This document shows, piece by piece, positions 4,326 through 6,611 of a stretch of 6,611 nucleotides of DNA (its first letter is position 1; each line of letters opens with the position of its first letter). A program made the position numbers and the translations under genes. Origin of the DNA: a virus; UHGV virus genome UHGV-0371891; one strand, written 5' to 3'. Under the pieces are notes generated by a model. That model was given only the letters and a program-made list of their open reading frames with translations. It did no database searches and had not been told where the DNA came from.

Positions 4326-6596
4326 ATGGCAAATATATTTCGTAAAAAAGACGCTTACATCGATCGTGTTAATCGTTCGACGTTTGATTTGTCGTTTGTA
4401 AACAACCTTACGATGAAATTTGGTGCTATCACTCCCGTGTGTTTACTTCCGGCGTCATTTGGCGATTCTTTTCAGATAAACGCTCGTTTTAACCTGCAGC
4501 TGCTTCCGACCGTGTTTCCGATACAGACTCAACTGTATGTGCGATTACACTTTGTTTATGTTCGTACTCGTACCCTTTGGGAAGACTGGATGGAATTCTT
4601 TGGTGGTGATGAAACTGTTACACCTCCCTGGCTAGATGTTCTTGCTGATGGTTCTACTCCTGAGCGTAAAAAACAGTTTAATATCCCTGATGATTTGCAA
4701 ACAGGTTCTCTTGCTGATTATCTTGGTGTGCCTACAACTATTACCGGAACTTATGGTGGTTCTGTTATTGCTGCACGTTCTGTTGATTTGTTCACTTTTA
4801 AGGATAATGTGCCTGCTTTGAAAGCTCCTTTGGTTGGTTCTCCGGTTGTAGCCGGTGTTTCTTTTACTACTTTGGATACCATTTTTGAGTCTTCTGCTAA
4901 GTTTAATGAAGTTTTTGTATCAAATTTTGCAAATAAAGGCTCTTATGGTTATGCTGCACCTCGTTGTATAGGCATTCCTTTTAATGTTCATTATGATACG
5001 CCTACACAAAATGTTACTTTACAAGTCCCGTTAACTCGGTTTAGTCTTCTACGTCAAATGATTTCTGACTTTGATGATAATCCGATTGTTGGTTTTATTG
5101 TTTATGAAAACGATAATTCTCCTAAGCTTTGGTATTCTCAATTTAATATTTCTAATATAGAAGATGATACTCTCACCTTTAATATAGATTTTGGTAAACC
5201 TCTCTCTTCTTTTAAGTTGTGCATGCTTTTTGAGTTTCGTAATGAACTCTATCAGAAGGATTACATGTACTCTTTGTATGAGGCTGGTTCTGCAACAACT
5301 ATTCGTGCAGGTCTTACACAAGAGTTCGTTTCTCAACTTTATAGTTCTCCTATTTCTGTTGTTTATGCGTCTTCTGAGTGGACAAAACCCGTTGCAGCCA
5401 ATTGTCCTTTTTATGTTGCTGCAGCTAATCAGCTTCCTCCTATTCCTTTATCTGCCTTGCCGTTTCGTGCGTATGAGGCATATTACAATGCTTTTGGTCG
5501 TGACATTCGTAATAACCCGTTTATTGTGAATGGTAAACCGGAATATAATAAGTATGTGCCATCTACAAAAGGCGGTTCTGATTCTTATAAGTATCAGTTG
5601 CGTTATGCTAACTGGGAACCTGATGCTTACACCACTGCCTTACAATCTCCACAGGCTGGTGTCGCTCCTCTTGTTGGTATTACTTCTCTTGGTGAAGCTA
5701 CCTTCCGTGATGCTACTGGAACTGAATATCATGCACAGCTTGAGACTGCTGAAGATGGTGATACTGTTACAGGTTTTCAAGTGAAATCTTCTAATGCTCC
5801 TGCTGATGTTGTCCGGAACCTTATTGGCATGGCTACTTCTGGTATTTCTATTTCTGATTTTCGGAATGTTAACTCACTTCAACGGTTCCTTGAAATTCGA
5901 ATTCGTCAATCTCCGCGTTATAAGAACCTTGTAAAGGGTCTCTTTGATGTTAATTTGGATTATGACGAGCTTATGATGCCGGAATTTCTCGGTGGTATTT
6001 CCGATACTATTCCTGTGTATAAGGTAACTCAGACTACACCTACCGAAGGTAATCCTCTTGGTAGTTTTGCTGGTCAAGGCTCCTTGCAATCCGGTATGCG
6101 CCACGTTATCCGTAAGTATTGCCCGGAAGATGGTTATATTCTCGGTGTTATGTCTGTTGTACCTGCTGCTAATTATTCGCAGTTGTTGGCGCCTCATTTT
6201 ACACGTATGAACCTTTTGGATTGGCATTTTCCGCAGTTTAACAATATAAGCTATCAGCCTATGTTGTACAAACATTTATGCCCTTATCAGGCTTATGCTG
6301 CGAATCCTCAGAATATTAACAATGTATTTGGTTATCAACGTGCATATTGGGATTTAATTTCTTCATTTGATGAAGTACACGGTGAATTTCGCGGTTCTAT
6401 GAGAAACTTTCTTATTAATCGTGTGTTCGATAAGGCTCCTGAACTCTCTAAAGATTTCCTGCTTGTTAATCCAGACCATGTTAATGATGTGTTTGCTATG
6501 ACTGCCGAAAATGGTGATAAGATTTTAGGTAGTATTGCTTTTGACATCACTAAGAAAACTACTATACCTCGTAACTCAATACCTCATATTGAATGA
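4326..6596 (+). CDS. VP1: Major capsid protein (Microviridae F / VP1 family)
   Basis: The N-terminus STFDLSFVNNLTMKFGAITPVCLLPASFGDSFQINARFNLQLLP...LYVRLHFVYVRTRTLWEDWMEFFGGD runs parallel to phiX174 F (HDLSH..G.L..I....VIAGDSFEMD..LRLSPL...FTFYVPHRHVYGEQWIKFMKDG). 756 aa, consistent with the enlarged VP1 of Bacteroidetes-associated microviruses. Confidence 0.92.
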   Translation: MANIFRKKDAYIDRVNRSTFDLSFVNNLTMKFGAITPVCLLPASFGDSFQINARFNLQLLPTVFPIQTQLYVRLHFVYVRTRTLWEDWMEFFGGDETVTPPWLDVLADGSTPERKKQFNIPDDLQTGSLADYLGVPTTITGTYGGSVIAARSVDLFTFKDNVPALKAPLVGSPVVAGVSFTTLDTIFESSAKFNEVFVSNFANKGSYGYAAPRCIGIPFNVHYDTPTQNVTLQVPLTRFSLLRQMISDFDDNPIVGFIVYENDNSPKLWYSQFNISNIEDDTLTFNIDFGKPLSSFKLCMLFEFRNELYQKDYMYSLYEAGSATTIRAGLTQEFVSQLYSSPISVVYASSEWTKPVAANCPFYVAAANQLPPIPLSALPFRAYEAYYNAFGRDIRNNPFIVNGKPEYNKYVPSTKGGSDSYKYQLRYANWEPDAYTTALQSPQAGVAPLVGITSLGEATFRDATGTEYHAQLETAEDGDTVTGFQVKSSNAPADVVRNLIGMATSGISISDFRNVNSLQRFLEIRIRQSPRYKNLVKGLFDVNLDYDELMMPEFLGGISDTIPVYKVTQTTPTEGNPLGSFAGQGSLQSGMRHVIRKYCPEDGYILGVMSVVPAANYSQLLAPHFTRMNLLDWHFPQFNNISYQPMLYKHLCPYQAYAANPQNINNVFGYQRAYWDLISSFDEVHGEFRGSMRNFLINRVFDKAPELSKDFLLVNPDHVNDVFAMTAENGDKILGSIAFDITKKTTIPRNSIPHIE

Positions 6597-6598
6597 TT

Positions 6599-6611
6599 AT
6601 GAAACAAGTTG
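6599..6611 (+). CDS. 5' start (MKQV...) of the wrap-around gene that continues at position 1
   Basis: The ATG lies 2 nt after the VP1 TGA. The reading frame joins without a stop to the frame open at the window start, if the molecule is circular. Confidence 0.4.

Noticed and set aside
336-5784. Leu/Ile/Val-rich + strand ORFs embedded in VP2, VP4 and VP1 (336-545, 573-962, 2369-2716, 2726-2974, 3323-3577, 4636-4821, 5191-5529, 5530-5784) and 7-264
   Set aside because: Every one is in the +1 frame of its host gene. The host genes end codons in T, so the +1 frame has T at codon position 2 and is forced to be hydrophobic (F/L/I/M/V). This is a compositional artefact. Overprinted genes do exist in microviruses (phiX E lies in +1 of D), so this is not absolutely excluded, but there is no start context or conservation evidence.
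794-6550. Minus-strand ORFs (794-1006, 2182-2646, 2647-3012, 3319-3621, 4066-4263, 5049-5336, 5874-6275, 6335-6550)
   Set aside because: All lie antisense to strong + strand genes, or in the GC island in the case of 2182-2646. Their translations are low-complexity. Microviridae genomes are transcribed from one strand. They are best explained as shadow ORFs of the biased + strand codon usage.
1-6611. CRISPR array, transposase/IS element or integrase gene
   Set aside because: There are no regularly spaced direct repeats, no terminal inverted repeats flanking a transposase-like ORF, and no ORF with integrase or recombinase motifs. Any lysogeny would have to rely on host factors.

Overview
The window looks like one complete, circularly permuted genome of a Microviridae ssDNA phage, about 6.6 kb. 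All convincing genes are on the + strand. The three hallmark genes are readable directly from the translations. The first is a large F-type major capsid protein VP1 (4326-6596, 756 aa). Its N-terminus parallels phiX174 F and gokushovirus VP1 (FDLS...G.L.P....GDSF..., then an F.YV.....W..F..G block). The second is a rolling-circle replication initiator VP4 (2314-3711). It carries a CxxCxxC cluster, motif 1 FITLTY, the HUH motif HYHLILW and the two-tyrosine motif YCMKY. The third is a Gly-rich, coiled-coil pilot or minor capsid protein VP2 (299-1420), translationally coupled (TAATG) to a small upstream gene. That upstream gene has no in-frame stop from position 3 and stays in frame with an ATG at 6599, just after the VP1 stop. 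This wrap-around is the evidence that the sequence is a circle linearised at an arbitrary point. Three tightly packed small ORFs sit between VP4 and VP1: one below the 60-aa cut-off of the track, one acidic, and one with an N-terminal transmembrane or lipoprotein-like segment. A roughly 0.9 kb region between VP2 and VP4 is largely non-coding and highly structured. It holds a phiX174-origin-like motif, a perfect 13-bp inverted repeat, and a GC-rich island with GAGCGCG-type repeats and hairpins. The large VP1, the start sites without Shine-Dalgarno sequences, and the TAnnTTTG boxes point to a Bacteroidetes-associated (Alpavirinae-like or gokusho-like) microvirus. That host assignment is inference. 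No CRISPR array, tRNA, transposase or IS element is visible. The most novel content is the set of small accessory genes (candidate lysis and scaffold/anti-defence proteins) and the structured intergenic control region (candidate ori/attP).
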